In this document: positions 62,376-64,000 of the stretch, piece after piece | Layout of the letters: every line of letters starts with the position of its first letter | How positions within the stretch are numbered: the stretch's first letter is position 1 | From: Neoechinorhynchus agilis | Taxonomy: Eukaryota > Animalia > Acanthocephala | DNA length: 64,000 nt | Reading direction: 5' to 3' | NCBI GenBank assembly: GCA_051530055.1 | Contig: CM121341.1 | Coordinates: 13,680,784-13,744,783 of the forward strand | The notes under the pieces: model-generated | What the model was told of the DNA's origin: nothing | The model's input: the letters and a program-made list of their open reading frames with translations, nothing else | The model's database searches: none | Position numbers and translations under genes: made by a program

Positions 62376-63454
62376 GTGCGCACATTTGATTCCGCCACTA
62401 TCGATCGGTCAATTGTGACGCTCAATATCACAATCACCCCCCTACAATATTGTTTCTTCCGAACTAGGAGGATTCGGGTTACGAGAGACCAACCTTCGGA
62501 CTACCTGCCATTCCTCAATCTCCGCTTCAAATCCGACGATGTATACAACTTCAATTGGTATCGAAAGCCATGCAGGAAGTCGATTGTGATGCACCGAGAT
62601 TCTCACCATCCTTGGGCGATGAAAGCGGCGATATACGCTGGTGTGCATAAATCGGCAACCACCTGCTCATCGTCGTTGGAAGCGAAGCGTGGAGCGGTGG
62701 AAGCAGTAAACAAGATCTTCGCGGACAACGGATATTCGACAGAGATCGAAGGGTTCGTGCGAGAAGTGGAAAATAGAATTAGACGGGCGTTGGACCCATG
62801 AGTGAACGAAAGGACGATAGGCCGATCCTACGAATTCCGTACGTGAGTGAAATGTTCACGAAGAGAGTCAAAGTACTGCTGAGGCAAGCGATATTGAATG
62901 TGCGTATTGTGCACAGAGGGTGTAGAACGCTGCGGAAGATGCTGACGAGAACGAGGCATCATGAGAATCATCAAGAATGCCCTCGGTCGTACCTAATGTG
63001 CAGATACGCAGCAGGTGCGAGGATGGACGAGGAGCGTCAGCAAGCAGTTGATCGTGACTGGAAGATGTGCGATCAGAGCAGTGTGGTTTACGAAATCCGG
63101 TGTGAACGGTGTCGGATTGACCGTGGCCACTTGGTCACGTACGTGGGCAAAACAGAAAGGCCACTTCGCCAAAGAGTAACCGAGCATGTACGAAACTCGT
63201 TGAACCTAAGTGCGCAATCGTATGTGACGACACCGTGGGCGAAACATTATTCGCGAGTCCACCCGGATCGAACAGTTCGGCTGTCCACGCGCATAATGTA
63301 CAAAGCGCAGGATCCCGACGAACTGTCGATGGCGGAAGCGCCGATCATCTCCCGAGAGACCCGGGATCGTGAGGACTCTAGCGGGCATCGGTCGGTCGGT
63401 AGAACACTCATTAACCAGAAGGATGAGTTGTCTGCCGTACTGAATCTCCTGTGA
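62376..63454 (+). mobile_element. 5'-truncated Penelope-like element (RT thumb and GIY-YIG), frameshift at ~62798
   Basis: LPFLNL...WYRKP...SHHP, LRIPYVSE, VVYEIRC...YVGKTERPLRQRVTEH. Confidence 0.9.
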
Positions 63455-63486
63455 ACCTCCACTCCACTCCACTCGCATTGCAGATT

Positions 63487-63525
63487 ACACCCTGAAGAAG
63501 CCGTTGGACGGCGAAAGCTTGGTGT
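63487..63525 (+). ncRNA. Minimal type I hammerhead ribozyme of the Penelope-like element
   Basis: ACACC-CTGAAGA-A-GCCGT(TGG)ACGGC-GAAA-GCT-T-GGTGT: intact core, stems I and II, palindromic AGCT in place of stem III. Confidence 0.85.
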
Positions 63526-63689
63526 TTGAATAAAATCTATCTTTCAGTCGGATTGTCTATCAAACAATCATCACTAGATAAAACATGCGGCTGAACAACC
63601 AAGCAGCGCTTAGTAATTTTATCCAAAAAAAGTCATTTTTGTAATTACACACGAAAAAGTGCTGCCTTATTCAAGAAAAACTTTCCTTT

Positions 63690-64000
63690 TGAATTATTAA
63701 CCAATAACACGATGCATCTAAAGTCCATTAAGCCCTTTATACCATTTAGAGAACCGACAATCCAATTTATTTAATTAAAATTATCAAGAAGCAGAAAGTT
63801 TTAAAATGTTTATCACCGCCTCCTTCGAAATGGCAAACAGTAACCTATCTGCAATTTACAAGCTTACTTTTTTTATCCAGGCAGCGAACAACGAGGGTTT
63901 CAAAGCTAAAATAAACGACTTAACAGCATTAAACTTTAAAACGGATGAAAATCTGCGAGTAAAAAACTATTTAAAGATTAACGATCAAATTTGTATCCAT
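63690..64000 (+). repeat. Copy 4 of the unit-A 5' region, cut by the window end
   Basis: Matches ~55170-55400 and ~44640-44790. Confidence 0.9.

Noticed and set aside
382-63478. Many listed ORFs antisense to or overlapping real genes and elements (e.g. 382-711, 6196-6456, 29638-29949, 34094-34387, 51906-52289)
   Set aside because: Shadow frames of coding sequence on the other strand or in another frame.
1-64000. tRNA, rRNA, snRNA genes and CRISPR arrays
   Set aside because: No convincing signatures seen by eye; the sequence is eukaryotic and has no repeat-spacer array.

Overview
Eukaryotic (animal) genomic DNA, AT-rich, with compact genes and short introns (mostly 43-55 nt); the taxon cannot be fixed from the sequence. 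Positions 1-44,000 are mostly host genes: ADF/cofilin, a degenerate neuronal-calcium-sensor-like protein, a Ror receptor tyrosine kinase, NDRG, NAPRT, a coiled-coil protein, a Cys-repeat membrane protein, SMC4, kynureninase, MRPL32 and POLR2K/RPB12. Positions 44,000-64,000 are a nest of decayed retroelements (Gypsy LTR, CRE-like REL-endonuclease LINE, APE-type LINE, Penelope-like elements with hammerhead ribozymes) around a ~5 kb segmental duplication. Main result of the hunt: two intron classes coexist. Ordinary GT-AG introns occur in KYNU (10 of 11) and NDRG. At six positions in conserved genes (SMC4 x2, NAPRT x2, KYNU, Ror) the protein homology is restored best, or only, by removing a 51-142 nt segment that lacks GT-AG ends. 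In each case the two ends pair into an RNA stem, often with strand-specific G-U wobbles and short direct repeats at the junctions. A tandem trio of long-hairpin GT-AG introns around 30/15/4-nt candidate micro-exons may represent a young stage of the same phenomenon. Several start codons directly follow a splice-acceptor-like AG, suggesting spliced-leader trans-splicing. All gene models and pairings were derived by hand, and homologue comparisons are from recalled family consensus, not database searches.
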